From assembly GCA_045657205.1 (NCBI GenBank), contig JAZOSS010000011.1, forward strand, positions 1 to 42,672: 42,672 nt of DNA, given 5' to 3'. This stretch comes from Eubacteriales bacterium. Lineage in GTDB: Bacteria; Bacillota; Clostridia; Oscillospirales; CAG-272. This document shows positions 17,363 to 27,488 of the stretch, one piece after another. The position numbers were made by a program, and so were the translations under genes. Under the pieces are notes generated by a model. The model was given only the letters and a program-made list of their open reading frames with translations. It did not search any database and was not told where the DNA came from. Each line of letters starts with the position of its first letter. Within the stretch, counting starts at the first letter, position 1.

Positions 17363-18319
17363 TCAAAAATATCTTGTGTAATTCAAGTTGTTGAAATTTT
17401 TATGTATTTTATCAAATTCGGGAGCATCACCGTTTTTCTTTATTGCCGATGAATAAGAAACGGCGTATTTCAGTGCGTATTCCGCATCACCGCAGGAAAA
17501 CTCGTATCCCTTTAAAAATGATGCTATAAATGCGCTTCTTGCGTACGGATTTTCGGTTTTGTTTCTTTTTAAGGTACAGGCGCACATCATATCCTTTGAC
17601 GAATATACAGCCCCTCTGTGTCCGAGGGTGCAAAGAAACGTCTGTCCCGTTTCTGATGTGAGCTTTTTCAGTGCCGCCATTGCAGACGGCAACGTGTCTA
17701 TTTCGTAAAACAGCAAGTCGTAAAGCTCGTCCTTGCCGACGACTATTATTTCAGGGTTCTGTCTTACGGCAAGCCGTACGTCGGCACCCGAAAAGTCCGT
17801 TACTACTTTTATGTTTTGTTTATGGAGCATTTCGATAAGATCGGGATATATTGCAAAAACGAGGCTGTCGGGATACGTTCCCGATAAAACGAAATATTCG
17901 GGAGGCTTTTTGCACTCACGCATCATTTTCGTGAGCGTAAAATACTCGTTCATCGTTATTTTTTTGCCCGATACGTAATCGAGCTGTGTCGTTATATACC
18001 CTTTTATCTCACGTGTTACCGTGCTTAAAACCGTTTCACGCTTCGTATGTACGAATTTTGCACCTATTTCGTTTTCTTTCAAAAATTCAATAAGAAGCTT
18101 GCCGAACAGCCCCCCTTCAAACCCGAAGGCATCCGTATCTATCCCCATTTTTTTCAAATGGTACGATATGCAGACACCGCCTGTCGGATTATTTATCCCG
18201 TAGCCGTCGCAGATGTTTTTTACTCCCGGCTTAAGCTGAAGATCCTTGTCGTAAACTACCGTAAAGGACGGATTCATTGAAAGGGTGTTTATGCAAAATC
18301 CGTATCTGTTATCACTCAT
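17363..18319 (-). CDS. PfkB/1-phosphofructokinase-fold protein with degenerate active site
   Basis: Ordered family landmarks NPS, GFEGGLFG, VLSGTYP, VVTDFSG, TLGHRGA; GAGD replaced by YARS and the NxxE motif by GKDE. Confidence 0.75.
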   Translation of the reverse strand: MSDNRYGFCINTLSMNPSFTVVYDKDLQLKPGVKNICDGYGINNPTGGVCISYHLKKMGIDTDAFGFEGGLFGKLLIEFLKENEIGAKFVHTKRETVLSTVTREIKGYITTQLDYVSGKKITMNEYFTLTKMMRECKKPPEYFVLSGTYPDSLVFAIYPDLIEMLHKQNIKVVTDFSGADVRLAVRQNPEIIVVGKDELYDLLFYEIDTLPSAMAALKKLTSETGQTFLCTLGHRGAVYSSKDMMCACTLKRNKTENPYARSAFIASFLKGYEFSCGDAEYALKYAVSYSSAIKKNGDAPEFDKIHKNFNNLNYTRYF

Positions 18320-18320
18320 A

Positions 18321-20505
<2,185 letters not shown>

Positions 20506-20511
20506 TTTATA

Positions 20512-20605
20512 TCTATTCTCTATTATCTATTATCTGTTATCTGATTTTTGCCCCCGCCCTACATCATACGGGTCGTCGTGGGCGCCGACCCCTACCGATT
20601 TTATC
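20512..20605 (-). repeat. GTAG-type REP plus half REP and 7-mer tandem repeats
   Basis: Minus strand GTAGGGGTCGGCGCCCACGACGACCCG (20595-20569), GTAGGGCGGGGGC (20562-20550) and AGATAAT-like heptamers; the same modules recur at 42561-42640. Confidence 0.85.
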
Positions 20606-20686
20606 TATTATCTTCATTCTCCATTACCGTATGGCGAAGATTTTTTCAAGCTACATCTCCGTTCCTCATTTTGGCTGCCTACGGTT

Positions 20687-20769
20687 GAAGCAAAGCGCCC
20701 GCGGCGGAAGCAAAGCGCCCGCCTGCACCCCCCACAGCCCGCAACGGGCTGCCTGCAGGCAAGGGCGCT
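20687..20769 (-). repeat. GC-rich structured repeat, copy 1
   Basis: Minus strand GCGCCC-tt-GCCTGCA-g-GCAGCCCG-ttg-CGGGCTGT-gggggg-TGCAGGC-GGGCGC; homolog at 34274-34354; local duplication of GAAGCAAAGCGCCCGC. Confidence 0.75.
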
Positions 20770-20841
20770 GATTTCCTTTGGAAATCTATCGTGTGAAATT
20801 TCAGATCAAACAATATAATACGTGTGAGATTAATTTTTACG

Positions 20842-21930
20842 TTAAATTATCACGTGCCCGTCTTTTATACGGACTTTGTTTTTGATGTCAAACGGAGAAA
20901 ACAGCTCCTCGTTGCAGGAGGTGATTATCACCTGTTTATTTTCAAGCTTTGACAAAAGATACGCCGTTCTTTTTGAATCAAGCTCCGATAAAACGTCGTC
21001 GAAAAGGTACACGGGGTATTCTCCCGTTTCCTCGTTCGATATCTCGCCTTCTGCAAGCTTTGCACAAAGCGACAGCGACCTTTGCTGTCCCTGCGAGCAG
21101 TAAAATCTCGACGATCTGCCGTTTACCGTAATCTCCATATCGTCCCTTTGCGGGCCGTAAAGACTCGTTTTATACTGTATTTCACGGCTTAAAAAGTCAA
21201 GATACATATTTCTTGCACATTCAAGCGTTATTTCATCTTCAAAACAGCTCTCGTAGCTTACGTTTACCGTTTCCCGTCCTTCGCTCATTTCAGCCATTGA
21301 CTTTTTCATATAAAAATCAAGCCTTCCGCAGTACTGCACGCGTTTTTCGGTTATGTACCTGCAGGGCTCGGCTATCTGCTCGGCAAGTGCTTCAAACACC
21401 GCCGTATTTGTTCCGTCAAGACTTATACAGTCTTTGAGCAGGGCTGTTCTCTGCGTCAGCAGTTTATTGTACTTTTTGAGCATATAGACGTATTTTTTAT
21501 CCGTCTGCGATATTGCGATATCGAGAAAGCTGCGCCTCTGACCGGGTGAATCCTTAATTATTGACAAATGCTCGGGGCAGAACAGAACGGCTTTGAAATT
21601 GCCTATAAACTCCGCTGCCTTCGTTATTTCACCGCCGGATATCTTCATCCGTCTTTTTTGATTTTTGAAATACTCCACGGACATTTCCGTATCGTGTCCG
21701 TATGAGGAATATACTATTTCAACGCTTGACGCGTTTTCACCGAACGGTACGACGTCCGATTCCTTTTTCATTCTGTAAGGCTTACCTCTGGCGAATATGT
21801 AGACCGCTTCGAGCAGATTGGTTTTGCCCTGTGCGTTATCGCCCCATATGACATTTATTCCGTCTTCAAAGCAGACGGATACGCCGGATAGATTTCTGTA
21901 AGCCTTTATTTCGGCTTTTTTAAGTATCAA
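20842..21930 (-). CDS. recF: DNA replication/repair protein RecF
   Basis: GDNAQGKTNLLEA, RRSFLD, SQGQQR, LFDDVLSELD; TTG start abutting the dnaN stop. Confidence 0.96.
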   Translation of the reverse strand: MILKKAEIKAYRNLSGVSVCFEDGINVIWGDNAQGKTNLLEAVYIFARGKPYRMKKESDVVPFGENASSVEIVYSSYGHDTEMSVEYFKNQKRRMKISGGEITKAAEFIGNFKAVLFCPEHLSIIKDSPGQRRSFLDIAISQTDKKYVYMLKKYNKLLTQRTALLKDCISLDGTNTAVFEALAEQIAEPCRYITEKRVQYCGRLDFYMKKSMAEMSEGRETVNVSYESCFEDEITLECARNMYLDFLSREIQYKTSLYGPQRDDMEITVNGRSSRFYCSQGQQRSLSLCAKLAEGEISNEETGEYPVYLFDDVLSELDSKRTAYLLSKLENKQVIITSCNEELFSPFDIKNKVRIKDGHVII

Positions 21931-21931
21931 A

Positions 21932-23080
21932 TCAGTTGTTCTGCTGAGGTCTTACGGGGAAGACGAAGTACATATAGGACTTGTTTTCCTCGTCAACGGG
22001 TGTTATAAGCATACTTGACAAGGGCGTTGAAAGCTGAAGTCTTACCGTATCCGTGTCTATTGCTCTGAAGCTGTCAAGCAAAAAACGGCAGTTAAAGCTT
22101 ATTTCAAGGTCTTCTCCCTCGTGCTTGCACGGTATCTCGTCATATACCTTATTTACGACCGATACGCACGATATTTTGAGCTTATCGCCGTATACGTTAA
22201 GCATAACGCTGCTCTTTACTCTGCCTGCGTCGCTGTCCTCAGTTACCAAAAGCGCTCTTTCAAGGCTTTCCGTAAGGCTGTGAGTCGATATTTCAAGCGA
22301 TATCGGGCAATCCTTCGGTATAAATCTTTCGTATTCTATATAATCGCCGTCTATCTGTCTTGTGTAAAATACCATTCCGTCACGCATAAACATTATGTGT
22401 TTAAGACCTTTGACGACCTTTATTTTATCATCCGTATCAAGTAAGAACTTCTGTATTTCGGGAAGTGCACGTCTTGCTATTATAAAATTAAGATTCATAT
22501 AAGAGCCGTCAACGTTGAAATTTTCCATCTCAACGTCCTCGTATCTTTGAGCAAAACGGAAGCCGTCAAGTGCAGTTACTTTTATATTTTCATCTCTTAT
22601 CTGAAAATAAGCACCGTTGAGCTGTAATTTCTGATGATTGTCCGCAACGGCAAAAGACGTTTGCGAAATTATCCTTTTAAGCGTTTTCTGGCTTATTGAA
22701 AAGGAATAATCACCCGAAAGCTCGGGAAGTCCCGGAAAGAGGTTTCCTTCCATACATACGACTTCAAATTTACTGTTTCCGGATGATATCTTTGCGATAT
22801 TTTTGTCGCTTACGTCTATGAGTATATCATCGGGCATATTTTTCGTGATGTTCAAAAGCTTCTGTGCGTTTATTATGTAACAGCCGGGCTTCTGCACGTC
22901 GGCGTCAATTTCCGTCTGGAAGCCCTTTTCTACGTCAAACGACGATATAAGGCATCTGTCCGAGCCTATCGTTTTGAGTCTTATGCCCTGTATTATTTTA
23001 TTTTCGCCTTTCGTCGATACGGCACCCATTGCGGGTATCAAGGCGTTAAGCAGTACGTGTTTATCGAATAAGATCCTCAT
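21932..23080 (-). CDS. dnaN: DNA polymerase III beta sliding clamp
   Basis: FAVA, ALDGFR, IDGDYIEYERFIP, ISFNCRFLLD, C-terminal FPVR; lies downstream of dnaA. Confidence 0.95.
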   Translation of the reverse strand: MRILFDKHVLLNALIPAMGAVSTKGENKIIQGIRLKTIGSDRCLISSFDVEKGFQTEIDADVQKPGCYIINAQKLLNITKNMPDDILIDVSDKNIAKISSGNSKFEVVCMEGNLFPGLPELSGDYSFSISQKTLKRIISQTSFAVADNHQKLQLNGAYFQIRDENIKVTALDGFRFAQRYEDVEMENFNVDGSYMNLNFIIARRALPEIQKFLLDTDDKIKVVKGLKHIMFMRDGMVFYTRQIDGDYIEYERFIPKDCPISLEISTHSLTESLERALLVTEDSDAGRVKSSVMLNVYGDKLKISCVSVVNKVYDEIPCKHEGEDLEISFNCRFLLDSFRAIDTDTVRLQLSTPLSSMLITPVDEENKSYMYFVFPVRPQQNN

Positions 23081-23443
23081 TGGTTCTCCTTATGATATGG
23101 ATAGATATGAATAGTTATGAAAAATAGTAGTAGTAGTAGGGGGTGTTGAAAATGTGGAAATCCTGCAAAACCCTCATATCTTCTATGTTTTTTCAATTTT
23201 TCGCATGTTGAATTACTGTCTGTTAAGTCTTGATGAAATGTGGAATAGCTTTTTTGATCTTTTTTGCTTTCATCCGACGTTTTTTTATCAACACAGTTTC
23301 AAAATTTTATCAACACGGAAATCCCGAGGTTTTCAACATGGTTGTAAACATAGGTAAAAATCCACCGATTTTTTTACGTTTTGACCCGAAAATGTGGATA
23401 ACTGTGTGGAAAATGTGCAAAACTATGTGACATTTTATGTGGT
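23081..23443. other. Chromosomal replication origin oriC (dnaA-dnaN intergenic)
   Basis: DnaA-trios (TAG)5 at 23125-23139, a GC-rich spacer and tandem DnaA boxes at 23144-23152 and 23153-23161 (basal unwinding system layout); perfect box TGTGGATAA at 23393-23401 plus several near-consensus boxes (TTATCAACA twice, TTTTCAACA, TGTGGAATA, TGTGGAAAA). Confidence 0.93.
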
Positions 23444-24952
23444 TTACAGTTTTATTTCGCTTTCAATTTCCGAAATTTCCCTCTCAAACAGCGGTTCTGA
23501 CTTGATTTTGTTTTCCACAACGTCAACTGAGTTGATAATTGTGGAATGATCGCGTCCGAAAAGCGAGCCGATCTGCTTAAGCGAGTACGGTGTGTATTTT
23601 CTGATAAGATAAATTACGATGTGGCGGGCGTTTGTTATCTCCTTACGCTTCGACTTGCTCTTTATCTCGTTTTCTTCAATATTAAGACGGCGGGAAACTA
23701 TTTTGAATATCCTGTCAACTATGACCTGGGGTGAAACGTCGATGTTCATCATATCAGCTATCGTCTTTTTCGCCATATCGTACGTTATCGGTACGCCGTA
23801 AAGAGAGCTTTTTGCGGCTATTCTTTTAAGTGAGCCTTCTATCTGACGGATGTTACGGCTCAGACTTTCAGCTAAAAGCGTTACGACGTCGGCAGGTACG
23901 TCTATGTTGTAGGATTCCGCCTTGCTTCTTATGATAGCGGCACGCAGCTCGTAGTCCGGGGGCTGAATGTCGGCAATAAGTCCCATTTCAAATCTGTTCT
24001 GCAAGCGGTCCTCAAGCGTTTCGATGTCACGCGGGGACTTGTCCGAGGTGAGTATTATCTGCTTATGCTCCTCGTAAAGAGCGTTGAAGGTGTGGAAAAA
24101 TTCCTCCTGAACGCTGACCTTGCCTGCAATAAACTGTATATCGTCAATGAGAAGAACGTCAACGGAACGGTATTTGTTTCTGAATATAACGGGTCCGTTT
24201 TTCGTTCTTAAGCTTTCAATAAGCTGGTTTGTAAATTCTTCACCCTTGACGTAAATTATTTTTAAGGTGGGATCCTTCGTTAAAAGCTCGTTTGTAATGG
24301 CGTATAAAAGGTGAGTTTTACCGAGTCCTGACGGGCCGTATACGAAAAGCGGGTTCCAGGCTGTTGAAGGATTCGTTGCAACGGCGTAGCAGGCGTTATA
24401 TACGAATCTGTTTGACGAGCCTACTATGTAGTTATCAAAGGTGTAATCCTTATTTATCGTCGTTTTGAAGTTTATTTTTGAAGAAAGGATAGCTTCCTCT
24501 GTTTCTTCTTCTTTTTCCTTCGGCTTTGTATCGCTTGTAAAGAAGTCAAGCTCACGGCTGTCGTTTATTACGGGCATTCCGATATTGCTTACTTCTTTTT
24601 TACCCGTTCTCGGTGAAGGACGCTGGTAAACGTCACCGTTGAATTCGGGATTTTGCAAGTCGTACTCTATATCTTCTTTTATCTGACGCAGATTTTTTGA
24701 ATCCTTGTCGAGAGCGTAAATGTAAATAACTTTAAATTCACCGAGGACGCTGTACAAGACTCTTTCAAGCACTCTCGTTTCACTTCTGACGAAATCCACG
24801 GTGGCGGCAGTCGGTGTCATAAGGATGGCGTATTCGGATTCGATATCAACTATCTGCATACCCGAAAACCAGGAATTTATCTTTATTTCGGAAAATTCCT
24901 TTCTCAGCTCCTGCAAAACACCTGCCCATATATCTTCATATGTGTTCATCAA
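23444..24952 (-). CDS. dnaA: Chromosomal replication initiator DnaA
   Basis: YTFDNY, NPLFVYGPSGLGKTHL, LLIDDIQF, QEEFFHTFN, NIRQIEG, GRDHSTII; start is TTG 24952 or ATG 24949. Confidence 0.98.
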   Translation of the reverse strand: MMNTYEDIWAGVLQELRKEFSEIKINSWFSGMQIVDIESEYAILMTPTAATVDFVRSETRVLERVLYSVLGEFKVIYIYALDKDSKNLRQIKEDIEYDLQNPEFNGDVYQRPSPRTGKKEVSNIGMPVINDSRELDFFTSDTKPKEKEEETEEAILSSKINFKTTINKDYTFDNYIVGSSNRFVYNACYAVATNPSTAWNPLFVYGPSGLGKTHLLYAITNELLTKDPTLKIIYVKGEEFTNQLIESLRTKNGPVIFRNKYRSVDVLLIDDIQFIAGKVSVQEEFFHTFNALYEEHKQIILTSDKSPRDIETLEDRLQNRFEMGLIADIQPPDYELRAAIIRSKAESYNIDVPADVVTLLAESLSRNIRQIEGSLKRIAAKSSLYGVPITYDMAKKTIADMMNIDVSPQVIVDRIFKIVSRRLNIEENEIKSKSKRKEITNARHIVIYLIRKYTPYSLKQIGSLFGRDHSTIINSVDVVENKIKSEPLFEREISEIESEIKL

Positions 24953-24987
24953 TTGTTTCCTTTATTAAGCAATATTATATCAAGTAT

Positions 24988-25016
24988 ATTATACCACAAA
25001 ATAAGTAAAATTACAA
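24988..25016 (-). promoter_or_regulatory. SigA-type promoter of dnaA
   Basis: Minus strand TTGTAA-17 bp-TATAAT with TG extension. Confidence 0.7.
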
Positions 25017-25067
25017 TATATTTTATAAAATAATTTAATTGTATATATAACTATCTATTATAATATG

Positions 25068-25320
25068 GTAGGGCGGGGGGCTTGCTCCCGCCGTTTCGAA
25101 AAAATCCGATGAATGATGAATCGACACCTCATCCGTCATCCTAACGGATGCCACCTTCTCCCACTGGAGAAGGCAAAGTATAATTTTTAAAAGAGCTGCG
25201 TTGATTGGTGTTACGATAGTTAATTCGATTATCACTTCGAACACCTCATCCACGTAGTTGCAAAGCAACTACATCCCCCTTTCTCCCGCTGGAGAAGGCT
25301 GAATGTAAGGGTCGGCGCCC
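25068..25320 (+). repeat. REP cluster upstream of dnaA
   Basis: GTAG REP plus tail (25068-25111) nearly identical to 42630-42672; two CACCTCATCC..TTCTCCC.CTGGAGAAGGC units (about 25123-25174 and 25242-25300) like those after gyrA; truncated REP at 25305-25320. Confidence 0.85.
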
Positions 25321-25321
25321 T

Positions 25322-25447
25322 ATAACTCTATCCGCCATAGGCGGATAGAATATCACGCTGACGAAGTCAGCATATCACGAAACCGTTAGGTTTCATATCA
25401 CTTTCGCGAAGCGAAAATATCACGCCGACGAAGTCGGCATATCTCCT
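25322..25447 (+). repeat. Array of five perfect hairpins separated by ATATCAC
   Basis: TCTATCCGCC-ata-GGCGGATAGA / GCTGAC-gaa-GTCAGC / GAAACC-gtta-GGTTTC / TTTCGC-gaa-GCGAAA / GCCGAC-gaa-GTCGGC, joined by four exact ATATCAC linkers. Confidence 0.92.
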
Positions 25448-25495
25448 GACGTAAAAATGACAATACGATGTGATTGTTAAAATTAAAAAAATCTA

Positions 25496-25552
25496 TTGAT
25501 TTATTTTCACGTGTGTGATATAATAAATCGGAGAATGTTAAAAAATTAACCC
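25496..25552 (+). promoter_or_regulatory. nadE-glyA promoter with a candidate Rex operator
   Basis: TTGATT(25496)-17 bp-TATAAT(25519-25524) with TG extension; ATGTTAA-AAAA-TTAACCC at 25535-25552. Confidence 0.55.
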
Positions 25553-25568
25553 GAATAAGAGGATAAAA

Positions 25569-27470
25569 ATGAAGGACGGATTTATAAAGGTTGCCGCAGG
25601 CAGTGTCATCACCTATGACGGCAATGCTGAAAAAAATGCCGAAAATATAATAAAGACCGTACTTGATGCCGAAAATAATGGCGTAAAGGCACTTTGCTTC
25701 CCCGAGCTTTGTATAAGCGGTATCGACTGCGGCAGTATGTTTTATTCCGATATTCTTCTGAAAAACTGCAAAAACGCTCTTTTAAAGATAGCGGAAGAAA
25801 CGAAAGAATGTGATATCATTTTCGCAGTCGGACTTCCCGTAAGGGTGTCTTCATCCGTTTACAACTGCGCCGCGGTCATAAAAAACGGTGAAATTCTGTG
25901 CCTTGTACCGTCAAGAAAAAACTCTTGCATATTTAAACGGTATGAAAGTGAAGAAAGTGTATATTTATACGATTTTATAAAAGGTGAAGACGGGATGGTT
26001 CAGACAGTCCCTTTCACCGATAAGATAATATTTTCCTGCTCCGGAGTTGAAAATTACAAATTCGGCGTATGCTTCGGAAAAGATTTTGAAAGGATAAAAG
26101 AACTTTGCAAAAAAGGTGCAAAATTTATACTTTCCCTTTCTTCCGATACCGAGGAAGTAACCTCCGAAAAAAAGAGAAAAACAAGTCTTGAATATATTTC
26201 ATCCGAGTGCGTGTGCGCTATAGTAAGCAGTGAATGTGACAGCACGGAAACGACCGCAAAAGGCGTATATTCATCAAATCACACGGTTTACGAAGCAGGA
26301 AAGCTTTTAGTAGAAAATCCTCCTTTCGGAGATAAAGATATCGTGATTACGGAAATTGACGTTGATAAAATATCAAACCTCCGTATGAGAATAAAAGGCT
26401 ATGGCGAGGAAGCGTCCCTTTACACGAAAACTCAAAGCGGGTACGACGTTTACGAATTTGAACAGGATATAAAAGAAACCCGCCTTTCCTTGAAAATAGA
26501 AAAAGATCCGTTTATGCCCGACGGCTGCGACGTTCGGGAAAGATGCGAAAAGATAACGAAAATACAGACGTTTGCTTTGAAAAAGCGTATGATATCGTCA
26601 CACAGCAAAAAAATGGTGATAGGTATATCGGGCGGTCTTGATTCGACTTTGGCACTTCTCATATGCGTAAAAACGGCTGACGCTATGAACCTTGACAGAA
26701 AAAATATCGTCGCTGTGACTATGCCGTGCTTCGGTACGTCGGAGCGTACGAAATCAAACGCTGTCGTGCTTTGTGAAAAGCTTGGCGTTGATTTAAGAAC
26801 GGTTGACATTACCGAGGCTGTAAGGCTTCATTTTAAGGATATTTCCCACGACGAGGCGGTAAAGAATGCCGCATATGAAAATTCACAGGCACGTGAGCGC
26901 ACGCAGGTGCTTATGGATATCGCAAACGACGAGGGCGGTATCGTTATCGGCACGGGCGATTTAAGCGAGGCGGCACTCGGTTGGTGTACGTACAACGGCG
27001 ACCATATGTCGATGTACGGCGTGAACTGCTCCATCCCAAAAACGCTTATGCGTAAGATCGTGGAAAACGAAGCGAAAAACTGTCCCGATAAGTCGCTTTC
27101 CGACACACTTTTCGATATCTTGAACACACCCGTGTCGCCCGAGCTTATGCCGCCCGAGGACGGAAAGATAGCACAGTTTACCGAGGATATAATAGGCCCT
27201 TACGAGCTTCACGACTTTTTCATATATCAAACCGTGAAATACGGCTTTACCGAAGAAAAAATAATAAGAATGGCAAATTACGCATTCGAGGGCAAATACA
27301 AAGAAGAAGATATAAAAAATTGCTTCAAGGTGTTCAAAAGAAGATTTGCAACACAGCAGTTCAAACGCTCCTGCGCCCCCGACGGTGCTATAATAGGTTC
27401 TGTAAATTTGTCGAATTACAGTGGATTTACAATGCCGTCCGACGTTGACGGAAATATAATGGGTAAGTAA
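25569..27470 (+). CDS. nadE: NAD(+) synthetase, two-domain (nitrilase-like plus synthetase) form
   Basis: FPEL in the N-terminal domain; GISGGLDST, ENSQARER, GTGDLSE..LGWCTYNGDH, QQFKRSC.PDG in the synthetase domain. Confidence 0.93.
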   Translation: MKDGFIKVAAGSVITYDGNAEKNAENIIKTVLDAENNGVKALCFPELCISGIDCGSMFYSDILLKNCKNALLKIAEETKECDIIFAVGLPVRVSSSVYNCAAVIKNGEILCLVPSRKNSCIFKRYESEESVYLYDFIKGEDGMVQTVPFTDKIIFSCSGVENYKFGVCFGKDFERIKELCKKGAKFILSLSSDTEEVTSEKKRKTSLEYISSECVCAIVSSECDSTETTAKGVYSSNHTVYEAGKLLVENPPFGDKDIVITEIDVDKISNLRMRIKGYGEEASLYTKTQSGYDVYEFEQDIKETRLSLKIEKDPFMPDGCDVRERCEKITKIQTFALKKRMISSHSKKMVIGISGGLDSTLALLICVKTADAMNLDRKNIVAVTMPCFGTSERTKSNAVVLCEKLGVDLRTVDITEAVRLHFKDISHDEAVKNAAYENSQARERTQVLMDIANDEGGIVIGTGDLSEAALGWCTYNGDHMSMYGVNCSIPKTLMRKIVENEAKNCPDKSLSDTLFDILNTPVSPELMPPEDGKIAQFTEDIIGPYELHDFFIYQTVKYGFTEEKIIRMANYAFEGKYKEEDIKNCFKVFKRRFATQQFKRSCAPDGAIIGSVNLSNYSGFTMPSDVDGNIMGK

Positions 27471-27488
27471 TTGAAAGGATATAAAAAA

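Noticed and set aside
25322-25447. CRISPR array
   Set aside because: The constant part is only 7 nt, the intervening units are self-complementary and recur almost unchanged at 42422-42541, and there are no cas genes in the window.
25503-25520. parS site (TTTCACGTG..)
   Set aside because: Only a partial match to TGTTTCACGTGAAACA, and it lies within the nadE promoter spacer.
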